Program-made: the position numbers and the translations under genes | Shown: piece after piece, positions 1-12,145 of the stretch | Position numbering within the stretch: the first letter of the stretch is position 1 | Layout: each line of letters starts with the position of its first letter | The notes under the pieces: model-generated | Databases searched by the model: none | What the model was told of the DNA's origin: nothing | Seen by the model: the letters and a program-made list of their open reading frames with translations, nothing else | DNA from: Mobula hypostoma | Taxonomy: Eukaryota | Reading direction: 5' to 3' | Length of the DNA stretch: 64,000 nt | Assembly (NCBI RefSeq): GCF_963921235.1 | Contig: NC_086097.1 | Span: 162,752,001 to 162,816,000 of the forward strand

Positions 1-397
1 TGTATTCACCCGAATTCAGAAGAATGAGGTCTGATATAACCTATCGTATAATGAAAGGCCTTGATAGAGTGAATGTGGAGAGGATGTTTCCTTTGGTGGG
101 AGAGTCTGAGAGCAGAGGACTCAGCCTCAGAATAGAGGGGTGTCCTTTTAGAACCGAGCTGAGGAGGAATTTCTTTAACGAGAGTGGTGAATCTGTGGAA
201 TTCTTTGCCACAGGAGGCCAGGTCTTTATGTATTTTCAAGGCAGAGGTTGATAGGTTCTTGATTTGTCAGAGCATGAAGGGATATGGGAAGAAGGCAGGA
301 GATTGGGGCTGAGAGGAAAATTGGATCAGCCATGATGAAATGGCAGAGCAGACTGAATGGGCCAGTTGACCTAATTCTGCTGCTGTATATGGTCTAA
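1..397 (+). mobile_element. CR1-type LINE 3' end fragment
   Basis: Encodes a decayed ORF2 C-terminus (YRIMKGLDRVNVERMFPLVGESESRGLSLRIEG..RRNFF) and a CR1-type 3'UTR. Similar to the copies ending at 20305, 34552, 45585 and 55215. Confidence 0.85.
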
Positions 398-479
398 ATT
401 ATATAAGACAATGAAGAAAAAGACAGCAAAAAAAAACAAAAGGAAAGGAAATGTCTAAGAGGTAGAATTAGGATTGTGC

Positions 480-700
480 AGGTCGGTTAACAACCTGACG
501 GTTGTAGGGATAGTAGCTGTTCCTGAACCTAGTAGTGTGGGAGTTCTGGCTTCTGTACCTTCTGCCTGATGGATGGTGGGGATCCTTGAAGATAGATGCT
601 GTCGTCTTGAAGCAGAGCATCATGTAGGTGCTTCCATGGTGGTGAGGGCTGTGGCTATTCTAGTCCAGGCTGTGTTCACTGTTCTCTTTTGCCTCTGGTG
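480..700 (-). mobile_element. Rex1/Babar-like LINE 3' fragment
   Basis: Similar to 4600-4870 and 9030-9178 (cctgaacct..gtg..ctgtacctt..cctgatgg). Boundaries approximate. Confidence 0.55.
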
Positions 701-1276
701 TTCCTGTCAATAAGGTAGAGCTGGGATACTGTGTAAGCAAGGAGGGTTTTGGAGGGTCAGCCACTGGAATCCAGCTGGAAAATGGCAACTTCCCTATGTT
801 TTCAATTTGGAAATTTGCAGTGAATAGAATTGATTTTGAGAAGTCGAGTTCAATGCACTCTTGTTAGCAAATCATTAATTCTGTGAGTGCAACAAAGGAG
901 TTACTTTGTCTGTCCCCTTTAAATATTGGTTTTGGGTTCAGAGTGATATCTCATTGAAGTCCTCATCTCAAGTACTAAGCCTTTTTTTTGGCTTGAATTT
1001 TTAAAATAATTTTGATTGGCAATCTTGGGCCAATGGGTTTAGTGTAACTAGCTGGTGTCATGTCAGTGATGAAGGGTATTAGTCAAGTGCTAGAAAATGA
1101 GATTAACTTGAATGTACATCTTGGTTGGCATGGACAACTATGGGCCAAACATAAACACAAGTAGTTCTACTTGTTCCCTTCATTCAATGCTCCTGACCTG
1201 CTGAGTTCCTCCAGCATTTTGTGTATGTTGTATTGCCCAAAGGGCTCTTTTCTGTGGTGTGCAACTCTGTAATAGT

Positions 1277-2653
1277 TCCCTCGTCCCTGTGCCGAAGACG
1301 CCGCGCCCCAGCGGCCTCCATGACTACAGACCGGTGGCATTGACCTCCCACATCATGAAGACCCTGGAAAGACTTGTTCTGGAGCTGCTCTGGCCTATGG
1401 TCAAGCCACACTTAGATCCCCTCCAGTTCGCCTACCAGCCCTGACTAGGAGTTGAGGATGCCATTGTCTACCTGCTGAACTGTGTCTATGCCCACCTGGA
1501 CAAGCCAGCGAGCACTGTGAGGGTCATGTTTTTTGAGTTCTCCAGTGCGTTCAACACCATCCGCCCTGCTCTGCTGGGGGAGAAGCTGACAGCGATGCAG
1601 GTGGATGCTTTCCTGGTGTCATGGATTCTTGATTACCTGACTGGCAGACCACAGTACGTGTGCTTGCAACACTGTGTGTCCGACAGAGTGATTAGCAGCA
1701 CTGGTGCTCCACAGGGGACTGTCTTGTCTCCCTTTCTCTTCACCATTTACACCTCGGACTTCAACTACTGCACAGAGTCTTGTCATCTTCAGAAGTTTTC
1801 TGATGACTCTGCCATAGTTGGATGTATCAGCAAGGGAGATGAGGTCGAGTACAGGGCTACTGTAGGAAACTTCATGACATGGTGTGAGCAGAATTATCTG
1901 CAGCTTAATGTGAAAAAGACTAAGGAGCTGGTGGTAGACCTGAGGAGAGCTAAGGTACCGGTGACCCCTGTTTTCATCCAGAGGGTCAGTGTGGACATGG
2001 TGGAGGATTACAAATACCTGGGGATATGTATTGACAATAAACTGGACTGGTCAAAGAACACTGAGGCTGTCTGCAAGAAAGGTCAGAGCCGTCTCTATTT
2101 CCTGAGGAGACTGAGGTCCTTTAACATCTGCCGGACGATGCTGAGGATGTTCTACGAGTCTGTGGTGGCCAGTGCTATCATGTTTGCTGTTGTGTGCTGG
2201 GGCAGCAGGCTGAGGGTGGCAGACACCAACAGAATCAACAAACTCATTCGTAAGGCCAATGATGTTGTGGGGATGGAACTGGACTCTCTGATGGTGGTGT
2301 CTGAAAAGAGGATGCTGTCCAAGTTGCATGCCATCTTGGACAATGTCTCCCATCCACTACATAATGTACTGGGTGGGCACAGGAGTACATTCAGCCAGAG
2401 ACTCATTCCTTCAAGATGCAGCACAGAGCGTCATAGGAAGTCATTCCTGCCTGTGGCCATCAAACTTTACAACTCCTCCCTTGGAGGGTCAGACACCCTG
2501 AGCCGATAGGCTGGTCCTGGACTTATTTTATAATTTACTGGCATAATTTACATATTACTATTTAACTGTTTATGCTTCTATTACTATTTATTATTTATGG
2601 TGCAACTGTAATGAAAACCAATTTCCCCCTGGGATCAATAAAGTATGACTATG
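1277..2653 (+). mobile_element. 5'-truncated Rex1/Babar-clade LINE with reverse transcriptase
   Basis: ORFs 1259-1444 and 1517-2509 share a frame, separated by one TGA (1442-1444). RT motifs DYRPVALTS, FSSAFNTI, GAPQGTVLSPFLF, FSDD, YKYLG. AATAAA plus a short GACTAT-like tail. 6-bp flanking direct repeat AATAGT (1271-1276, 2654-2659). Confidence 0.9.
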
Positions 2654-3451
2654 AATAGTCTGACAGTTACACTGAATGTCTTGGTTCAATGTATGTTCTC
2701 TTCATCAAGTGGGAAATAATTGCAAAATACGTTCGCATTTTGAGTTAAATCTAATGATGGCACATTTGTGTAACAAAAGGTGAACAAAAAAGTTATGTCC
2801 AATGGGGCATGTTTCTCATAAGAAACATCTATCAGTAAGAAAATTATGACCTAGACATTCAAGCACAATAATGACCTTAAAGGAGTTTTAAAGTAACTTG
2901 TGGGAAATTGATCAGTTAGTTGTATTGGCCTTGATTGGAATCCAATCAGAATTATTACATTTACTTTTGGTACCAAACTGGAAGAAGGATGCAATGCCTT
3001 GGAGGGAGAGGGTGTGATGATGAGCCTTGTGGAACAGTGCCTGGTAAAATCAGTAAGTGGCTCTCTCTAGAATTCGTAAAAGAAATGTCTAGTAAAAGCA
3101 CTTCCAATGGTGTTCTCAGCTGTAGAGTAGGTTGCCTACACATAAAAGGTGAATACAGGCTTTCAAGTCATTAAGTCATAAAGCCATCATGCTTGGCTGG
3201 ATTCCAGGGAAGATACACTTAGTGAAAGACAGGATGTGACCCTAATAATTCTGTGGGTTCCTTCTGTTAAATCTTTGGCTCCAAGGCAGGAGAGAGAGAG
3301 GGTAGTTGTCTGGAAATCTTGGGTCCAATGACTTCAAAGTGTGCCTTTGTGTGACTTGTTAACATCTAGGCCACACAGGTGGTTTTGCTTTGTCTTTTGC
3401 AAGAACTGCAAGCCTTTCATTCTCTGTGTTAATAAGTGTTGTATTTCTTTC

Positions 3452-3667
3452 ACAAACAAGAGAAAATCTGCTGATGCTGGAATTCCAAGCAACAAACACA
3501 AAATGCTAGAGGAACTCAGCAGGCCAGGCAGCATCTATGGAAAAAAGTACAGTCGACATTTCGGGCTGACTCCTGCCGAAGGGTTTTGGCCCAAAACACT
3601 GACTGTACTCATTTCCATAGATGCTACCTGGCCTGCTGAGCTCCTTCAGCACTTTTTAGCGTGTTGT
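3452..3667. repeat. Foldback element of two inverted PLE terminal repeats centred on hammerhead remnants
   Basis: 3495-3570 is approximately the reverse complement of 3571-3667. Both arms match the PLE end at 13721-13828. Confidence 0.8.
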
Positions 3668-4289
3668 AAGATGTTTGTAAAGCTGATGTAGTACCTGACT
3701 ATCATAATATACTTTAACAAAGCAATGACACTGTTCTATGATGTGCAACACAATTTTGATCAAAAATAAACTTGTTGAAAAACTGGGACTTATCCTGTGG
3801 ATTATGAAATTGGCATTTTTTTCCTGGATTTTCTATGTGTTTGATGTACAGGGAACACGGGTCATGCACAGAGGTGTTCAATGATAGGTAATGCGTCCTT
3901 ATAGACCATGTTGGTAACACTCTCTCAATAACTGCTTGTCAGATGAAAGGGGCTCAGAGTGCTGCTCCTCAGTCAGATGCCCCTTTCCTGCTCCTCTGCC
4001 TTGTCAGTCACCTGAGTCACCTTATGACTCATCTGGGATCTGACAGGTTGTTTTAGGTCTCTGGCTACAGTTTACCTTGTTGGCCAGACTGTGGTGTAGA
4101 AGTCTCTTAGCCACCTGAAGTTTGTATGATCCCAGGGGGTCACATGAATGGCAATGGTGCTCAGCACACAAAATATTCTAACACTGTCAATGTATAGAAC
4201 CAATAGCACTGTGAACGTCTACTGTGAATGGCACAATGAATGTAAACAGAGCCGTGCACTATTGAGTGCTAGCGGAACATGCTGCTCGA

Positions 4290-4868
4290 GAAAGAGTTCA
4301 AAGTAAATTTATTATTAAAATACAAATATGCCACCATATACAACCTTGAGTTGCTTTTTCTTGCAGGCATACTCAGTTAATTCAATAACAATAGAATCAA
4401 TGTAGGACCGCACCCAACAGAGTGGACAACCAGTGTTCAAAAGACAACAAACTGTGCAAATCCGAGGAAAATAAATAACTATAGTACATAAGTAAGTAAT
4501 AAATATTGAGAACATGAGATGAGAAGTCTTTGTTAGTTGGTCCATAGGTTGTAGGAACAGTTCAGTGCTGGGGTGAGTGAAGTTATTTGCTCTAGTTCAA
4601 GAGCCTGATGGTTGAGGGGTAATAGTTGTTCCTGTACCTGATGGTGTAAGCTCTGAGGCTCCTGTACCATCTTCCTGATGGCAGCAGCAAGAAGAGAGCA
4701 TGGCCTGGATGGTGTGTGTCCTTGATGATGGATGCTGCTTTTCTGTGACAACACTGTGTGGATGTGATCAATGGTGGGGAGGGCTTCATCAGTGATGGAC
4801 TGAGCTGGACTCACTACTTTTTGTAGGATTTTCCATTCAAGGACATTAGTGTTTCCATACCAGGCTGA
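4290..4868 (-). mobile_element. Rex1/Babar-related LINE 3' fragment
   Basis: Minus ORF 4592-4789 (ASIIKDTHHPGHALFLLLPSGRWYRSL..YYPSTIRLLN) resembles the C-terminus of the 1277-2653 RT ORF. AATAAA on - near 4308. Confidence 0.7.
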
Positions 4869-5067
4869 CAGTGAAAACATGGGTAAAATTCCAGCTGTGT
4901 CAGTGCCTTTACAGTGATGGTTGAGATGAAGAACATGCACAACAGATTTCCAATCTGCCGGAAGTCAGTATGGACGTCTATGGCAATGCTGCTGTGCAGT
5001 GAATGGTGTATTTTGACTTATTGGAATATTAGGAGCAGACTAAATGTGTAATAATTCTATGTCGTAG

Positions 5068-5145
5068 CTTTTGTCAAGAATGGAGGAAACTGGCTTAGAT
5101 GCTGAGGGAATTCTGCGAGTACCTGGATCTACTTCACGGATGAAG
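5068..5145 (+). CDS. ARHGAP28: Rho GTPase-activating protein 28, internal exon (RhoGAP domain start, arginine finger GILR)
   Basis: tag|CTT...AAG|gtaaga. 78 nt, phase 0/0. LLSRMEETGLDAEGILRVPGSTSRMK. Confidence 0.92.
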
Positions 5146-5639
5146 GTAAGAGGGTCACTTCTCATTCTCCTTTTTGTGAACAGTATTTCATACACCAGTG
5201 GTCACTTGCTGCTTTATGTGAGGCTGCTAATCAATAAGAGATCACTGCTGTCAAAGGCTTTTCAACTATATATAAATGGTTAGGAGTTGGAAATATTATA
5301 AACACTTCCAGATAAATGTAAATGAATAAATAAAATTAAAGCTTTTGGTTAAAATATTCTAAAATAATAATAAATAATTCAGAATATTGAAATCAAGAAA
5401 AAGAAGTCAAAGATTTAATTACATCTTTTCCAGGGAGTTGGTGATTTTTAATTTTTGCTGAGCATTGCTAGTCCTGGTGTGAAGTGGCAGATATGAAGGG
5501 CAACCTCCTTTCTTTACTTCACTTCTCTGTTCAGAGTTGAGCCCACTGCAAAGAGGAAAGCCAAGTGCACTGCACTTAATCTCCACTTTGGCTCGGCTTG
5601 CTGAGCTTAACCGAGCGATTGAATGTTATTGATACCAGC

Positions 5640-5846
5640 TGAAGCCTGAGCAACTCTGCACCATCTGTATAGGGGGGAAGGAATTGTCAATGTTTCAGAT
5701 CAAAATCTTGCATCAGGGCCAACAACAAACCAAAACATCGACAGTTTGTTTCCTCCTACAGATGATGCCTGACCCTGTGAGTTCCTGCAGCAGATTGTTT
5801 GGTGCTCCAGAGTCAGAATCCGATTCCAGCATCTGCAATCTCTTGC
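5640..5846. repeat. Older diverged PLE-terminus foldback element
   Basis: Inverted arms. The minus arm reads gccCTGATGCaagattttgatctGAAAcattgac. The plus arm ends with the tail CCAGCATCTGCAATCTCTTG. Confidence 0.6.
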
Positions 5847-6305
5847 ATCCCTTGTTAGGTGGCATTGTCTGGTATAGTATCAGTCAGCTTGAACCAACCC
5901 TTTCGGACTCCACTCCAGTAATAGCTACCTGCAGGTCAGGCAGGGTTTGTGGCTTGTGTGACCCTTTAAAACTTCTCTCTTTGCAGTGGGGTGTAATGAT
6001 AATGGCCCAGATGTGCACGGATTTAGGGATTTCAACTGGAAAGAGCTGATAAGAAGTATTTGCAGATGTCACTTTTTAATAAATATTATTGGAGGATGGT
6101 TCTAGATGATGGCTCAATAAAAGGAAAAGCATCAAGCCAGGATGATATTTAATATAAACAAGGAATTAAATATCCCATGCTGAAACTTAAAATTGTACAT
6201 TTTCTGGGGAAATGGAGGGTTAATTTTAGTGTTCAGGTATGAGAATACTGAGAACATGCTGTGTACCTCTATAATTAGAACAAAAAGTAAGGGGTTTATG
6301 TAAAA

Positions 6306-6896
6306 CAGACATCCCACCTCTCCTGGAAGTTCCGGGAGTCTCCCGCATATTAATAGTAGCTCCCTGCTGCCCGCAAATTATATACAATATCATGGAAATC
6401 AATTTTTTTGAGAGCGAGTGAGAGAAAGCAAGAGAGAGCGCGAGAGCAATCACGAGAGAGCGTGAGCGAGAGCAAGCAAGCGAGCGAGAGAGAAAGCAAG
6501 CGAGAGCGCACGAGTGACCGAGAGAGAGAGAGAGAGAGAAAACACGAGAGCGCGCCATGGCAGGGTGTTCCAAAAAATATATAAATCCTACGTCACCCCA
6601 GACTACACTAAAGTGTACCCCTGCCTAATAGGGATCAAAATAATGACAGTGTTGCTCACTGCACTGTTTGCAACAATGACTTTTCTATTGCCCATGGTGG
6701 ATTAAGACTGTAAAAGACATGTTGAGGTGAGTTTAACAGGTGTCATTCGTTCATTAGCATTGCTAACGTTATTTAAACTAGCTGGCCAGCTGCTAAGGAG
6801 CTACTCTATTGCAGACATCCCACCTCTCCTGGAAGTCTCCCCGCAAATTGATGGTGCTACCTCCCTGAAATTAGTTTTTGCAGGGTGGGATGTCTG
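6306..6896 (+). mobile_element. Non-autonomous DNA transposon (hAT-like) with 13-bp TIRs and 6-bp TSD
   Basis: TIRs CAGACATCCCACC / GGTGGGATGTCTG. TSD GTAAAA (6300-6305, 6897-6902). Internal GA/GC microsatellite ~6410-6550. Frameshifted zinc-finger remnant AHCTVCNNDFSIAHGG..CKRHVE at 6654-6726. Confidence 0.85.
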
Positions 6897-8164
6897 GTAA
6901 AATATCCATGATTTTGCTTTCTAATTTTTTCTTATTTATGAATGTAAGCATTTTACAGGAAAGGTTTTGGGGGATTTGGAGTTAAGTGTGGCAAATGGGA
7001 CGAGTGTGGATGGGAATCTTGGTTGGTATGGACCAATTGGGCCTAAAGGCCCGACTTTATAACACTGAGTAGATTCTGCAGACACAGGATTCAATGGGCT
7101 ACATATCCATCTAATAATTATCATTTTTGAATCACTGTTTTGTGAAAGAAAGCATGAAGTGGTATTGAGGTTATGGAATTGCATATTCTGTTTCAACATT
7201 TCTCGTTTTTATCTGCATTTCTTGGCAAAAAGAGGTCACTTGGAGAGGAGTAGAAGATAGTCATGAGTGACTAATCCTTCAAGCATTTCCTTTGCTCTTT
7301 GTGTGGTGATCTTCTGCTGCCTTATATGTGCATTGAAAGACTGCAAGCTGCATGTATACCAAACATATGCTGTATTCTAAAGAGTCAAAGAACTGAAGGA
7401 ATCTGGAAAATTCACATCAGCTCATCATGGTCTCTCATTAAAAGATTCATCATGCTTCGCCTTTTAGTGGGATCTCAGCCTGGTCTCAAACATCACAGTG
7501 AGATCAGCAGGAATCGACCAGATGGATTTAAGTTTGTCCACAGCACCTTATGGAATCCTGAAAGTGTATGGCACAGAACCATTTGACCCATTATGTTTTT
7601 ACTGTGTCCTAACCTGAGCAGATTCTGATCCTTTCTTCCCAAGTAATGATATTAACAGGAGGGTGGAAGAATTCTTGGGGAAATTAGCAATGTCCACCTT
7701 CATGTTCATACAGCAGGTTTTGACGATGGCCCAAGTGGTACAGTTTGTGAAAAAGACACAGCGTTTTCCCTTTTCAATAGAGTAGATATGGGTCCCTGGC
7801 CCTGGGGAGGAGCATGAATGCTGTTCAGATCTGTTTAAATTTCCTCTCCCATCACACACCATGTTTTCCCATGTCGTGCAACCACATACCTCTCCTAGTG
7901 GTTTAGCAGCCACTGTTATCCTGCCCCATTTTTCCTAGCTGATAGCTTGGGCTCAGGCTGACTAGACCTGGGTTAAAATCTCCTTGAAGTTAGAATGGTG
8001 TGTTGCTCTTCTAAGTGACGATCTGAATTCAAATCAAGTTTTGGGTTCAGATTGACTTTGCCAGAAAGAGATCAAAATCTTTCCAATACAGTCGATGTGT
8101 TTAGTTTTAGTTCCCCTCCACACACTTTTTTTCACCGCACATACAAACAGCCTAGGAAATGAAT

Positions 8165-8355
8165 ACACATACAAAATGCAAGAGGAACTCAGCAGGTCAA
8201 GCTGGATTTATGGATGGAATTGAACAGTTGAGTTTTTGGCCTGAGACCCTTCATTAGGACTCTATGTGTTGTTCATTTCTCTCCATAGATTCTGCCTGAC
8301 TTGCTGAGCTCCTCAAGCATTTTATCAAGATGTCCAGCATCAGCAAGATCTCTTG
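8165..8355. repeat. PLE-terminus foldback element
   Basis: Minus arm with a decayed hammerhead (8226-8261), followed by a plus arm ending in the terminal tail. Confidence 0.7.
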
Positions 8356-8584
8356 AACTCAGGCAGTGTTCCAGCTGAGAATTTTGCTTCACTGCCTCTG
8401 CCTTATCCAAGTCTTCTTTAATTCATTCTCATCTCCTGTCACCTCCGTTCATCATTAACCTTCTTCCATAGTTCTACCCTCTCCTTCAACCAATCCATTT
8501 ACTTTATCACTGTGCCCTTCACCCTTTCCATTCTAGCCCTTGAGAAGCTGATCCTGTCTATTTCTGGAAAACTATGAATTGTGT

Positions 8585-9600
8585 GGAGCACAGAGATTTG
8601 GGTGTTTGTCTAAGCAAATCAGCACAGCTAGTACACGGGTAGAAAAACATAACTGGAAGGCAAATAGAACATTAGCTATTATTTCAAGAGGTAAGGAATT
8701 CAAAAATTGAGGGATTGATACTTTTGTGGTTAAGCCAATTTTTGCTACTGTATCTCCTGAATGACAAGTTGGTTTTTAAGAAGGCACAGGGGAGATTCTA
8801 TACTTTATTGTCACCAAACAATTGATACTAGAATGTACAATCATCACAGCAATATTTGATTCTGTGCTTCGCGCTCCCTGGAGTACAAATTGATAGTAAA
8901 TATTAAAAATTTAAATTATAAATCATAAATAGAAAATAGAAATGGGAAAGTACGGTAGTGCAAAAAAGCCGAGAGGCAGGTCCGGATATTTGCAGGGTAC
9001 GGCCCAGATCCGGGTCAGGGTCTGTTCAGCAGTCTTATCACAGTTGTAAAGAAGCTGTTCCCAACTCTGGCTGTACGAGTCTTCAAGCTCCTGAGCCTTC
9101 TCCCGGAGGGAAGAGGGACGAAAAGTGTGTTGGCTGGGTGGGTCGTGTCCTTGATTATCCTGGCAGCACTGCTCCGATATTCTTCAAGATAATGCAGGGC
9201 TAGGATGGTTTTTAAGGGTTAAATTAAATGAGACCAATAATATTTGGTTCAGTCTAGAAAATGCAAGGAGATTTAATTGTGTTCTTTAATGTTTTAATCA
9301 TAGTTAAAGAATATTTACATAAAATGTATTTCCTCTAGCAGAGAAATCCTAGCAAAGTTAGAGCTAGGCAATTAGGATTAGAATAAGGAAGCACTTTTCA
9401 CACATTGTCAATTTCAAACACACTTTTGCAAAAAGTTGTTGACTTCGGGCCAGCTGAACTTCAAGAATGAGATTGGTGGCTTTGATTGAGTGATGGATAT
9501 CAATGGATATGAAATAATGGTGAATAAATGGTGGAATAGCCACCTTGATTCAACTGAATGGTAGAATAAGCTAGAGGAGCTGAATTTTGTAGTACTATTC
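8585..9600 (+). mobile_element. Old CR1 fragment interrupted by a Rex1-like insertion
   Basis: CR1-like sequence resumes across the insert (aaggcacaggggagattct|tcaagataatgcaggg, similar to VQRRFTRMIPG). Outer boundaries approximate. Confidence 0.6.
8800..9178 (-). mobile_element. Rex1/Babar-related 3' fragment nested in CR1
   Basis: AATAAA on - at the left end. ATTCT direct repeat at 8795-8799 and 9179-9183. Confidence 0.7.
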
Positions 9601-10581
9601 CCACTATCTACTGCAATTCCCACGTCTGTCAAAGTTGCTTCATGTCCAGTGGTTAAAGTTACAATGAAGGTTATGCAATGTGCAATATTTTTCTTCACTT
9701 GATGAAGATGAAACACGTTCTGAAGATTAAGGAACTTAACAAGATTTCTTGCTTTGGTTTCTGCCCCAATTATTCACTTAAGAGTTTTTAAGTTCACTTC
9801 TCATCTATTCCTTGTTACAGCAACCTTTAGCTGCTTTGGCCAAATCTTAGCAATGCCCATTAACTGATGTATTCAGATACCAGAGGAGAATTTGGTGACC
9901 CTCATTTGAGTCATATCTTCTTGGCCAATATTCATTTGGGATTCGAAAACATCCTGATTCTTGCTTGTTCATCAGGGGTTCCACATAACATTCCTTCAAT
10001 CATCAAATGCTCAGGGGGGGGGTGGGCAAATTAACGAGAAATATAATTGATTAGAGAGAAATCTTGTTTTTGGAATTTTCTGTTTCTTGAAAGGTAAGAA
10101 TTGTAAGTTACTGAAATATTTGATTTTAGAATTAAATTGAAGAGCTATTTTCTGAGGGAGAAGAGAATTAAAATGAAGTATGTATTTTATAAGGTACCAT
10201 TATAGCAAAATAAAGATTTCTTCTATTACTGAGACAGGGGTTATTAACAATTTTTTGAAAGACTTATTCAGAAGGGAAATTGAGTGTGGGAGATAACAGG
10301 TGCATGAAAGAACATTAAAGGAAGTTGCCATTTAGGATCTCAAGTCCACCATAAAGTTTGATCCTGGTTGCTCTACGTGTCAAGGGTTGTTAAAGGGACC
10401 AACTGCTTCTGACTCTTTCCAGCCAGGGACAGAAACCATGTTTATCTCTGTCTTGCAAGGTTAGCCCTCTCCTTCAGTAAGTTCAGCTTTTGTTATCAGT
10501 ACAGTAGCTTTCTGTGTTCAGTTAACTGAATAAGTATAGGTTTAAGTGCTGGATTTAAATCAATGCTATTTACATCCACAG

Positions 10582-10738
10582 AATTATCGCCAAGAGCTGG
10601 AGGCAAAATTTTACGAATCCTTTGACTGGGAACAAGTCCATCATAATGATGTAGCCTGTTTACTAAAGACCTTCATCCGAGAACTGCCCTACCCACTGCT
10701 CACAGCTGAGTATCTGCCTGCTTTTGCAGCTGTGCAAT
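10582..10738 (+). CDS. ARHGAP28: ARHGAP28 internal exon (RhoGAP domain)
   Basis: cag|AAT...CAA T|gtaaga. 157 nt, phase 0/1. NYRQELEAKFYESFDWEQVHHNDVACLLKTFIRELPYPLLTAEYLPAFAAVQ. Confidence 0.95.
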
Positions 10739-11589
10739 GTAAGACATAGGAACGACACAAACAAGTTGTAAATATCTTTACCTGTATATCTAACCTCTTG
10801 CATTTCTGTGCGTGTGTGTCTGTCCTTCCAGCATTATTCAGACTCATTGCAAGTGTACAATAGTGGCCATATTAATCATTCCATTCCTCTTGTCTGTTAG
10901 CTAGAGGTGAAGGTTGGGGAAGACATCCCTATTTAATAAGGTGAATTATATTCAGCCTGTTCCCAAAATTCTGTTATTCGCGCAAAGCGCCTTGTAGCAC
11001 ATAGAGTACTTTGGAAATTCAGTGGCTGCAGTATTGTAGCAAACCTGACCACTCGTTTATTCACCGTGAACTACCAGAAACAGCTTCAAAAGAAATGACC
11101 ACAGGTCTCTACCACAAGTGGATTTGGTTCCATTGACTGCTGTGAGTTTCCGAGTAAATGTATTCTACCTTCCCTCCCCAAATGTTGAGAACAAAATTTA
11201 AAAGTGAACTGACTTTCTAAAGTGATAAATAATCAGTTTTTATACTCCTGCAGAATTTGGTCCTCCCAAACTTCCACACCAATTGAAAAACAAACAGGAT
11301 TCAAATGACTGTTACAAAGTCAATATAGACTAATAGCGTTTGCACTGATTCAATGAGCAAGTATTTAATTATGAGCAAAACTAATTTGTCAATGGTACTG
11401 CACATACAGTATTAATGGGAAACAATCCCTTACCGATTGAAAAATTGGTAACATGGCTATTCTAAAATTTCTTGTAAACTGGGAAGAAAACAAGCTACAG
11501 TTTATGCACTTGTGTGCTGAGGCTTTCTTGAGTTCACAAAGTAGCCTGTAGTCTGTCAGAATCACGGTTGAAATAAGGGAAAGGGGAAC

Positions 11590-11800
11590 TGATTTGCACA
11601 CAGCAAACTCCCACAATCGAATCGTGGTTAATTGACCTATCCTTAGCTGTTGTTTGAGAGATGGAATTACATGTAATGTGTAGGTGAATGTCCCAGCTCT
11701 TTTTCAAAGTTCCAGGGAGTATTTACCTGCTTAAGGTGGGCAAGTTGGGCTTTGTTTAATGTCGCTCCAAAGAGCAATCTAAGAGCTGCCTTTGCAATGA
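11590..11800 (-). mobile_element. Diverged DeuSINE (SacSINE1/AmnSINE1-like) remnant
   Basis: gcacacagcaaactcccaca...ctctttttcaaagt..ca..gg..tatttacctg..gtttaatgtc resembles the reverse complement of the Deu domain (recalled consensus). Similar to 63590-63880. Confidence 0.45.
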
Positions 11801-11843
11801 GGTGTGATTTTACAGTTCAATATTTGGCTTGATTTGCTTTCAG

Positions 11844-11926
11844 ATATCTCACAGACGAAGCTGCAGTTACAGGCCCTGCACCTTATCATCATGTTGCTGC
11901 CTGACCCCAACAGAGACATTATTAAG
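11844..11926 (+). CDS. ARHGAP28: ARHGAP28 internal exon (RhoGAP domain)
   Basis: ttttcag-like acceptor ctttcag|AT...AAG|gtatcc. 83 nt, phase 1/0. (Y)ISQTKLQLQALHLIIMLLPDPNRDIIK. Confidence 0.93.
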
Positions 11927-12145
11927 GTATCCCTGATCTCGAAGTATACATGATTGCATCTGAGCTTGTGTCAATCTCACACTGAGCGTATCTGACATTC
12001 ATTGTGTAAAAACAGTATTACTTACGTACAAATCTATATTCATGATACTGTGTATATTTGAACTTAGATTAATGTTTATCTCGTTGACTGTATATCTATT
12101 TGTAGATTAGATATACATGAGGGTCTTGTACATAACCTAATCAAT

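Noticed and set aside
6410..6555. Low-complexity ORFs (RERERE / LSLSLS)
   Set aside because: Translation of a GA/GC microsatellite inside the DNA transposon.
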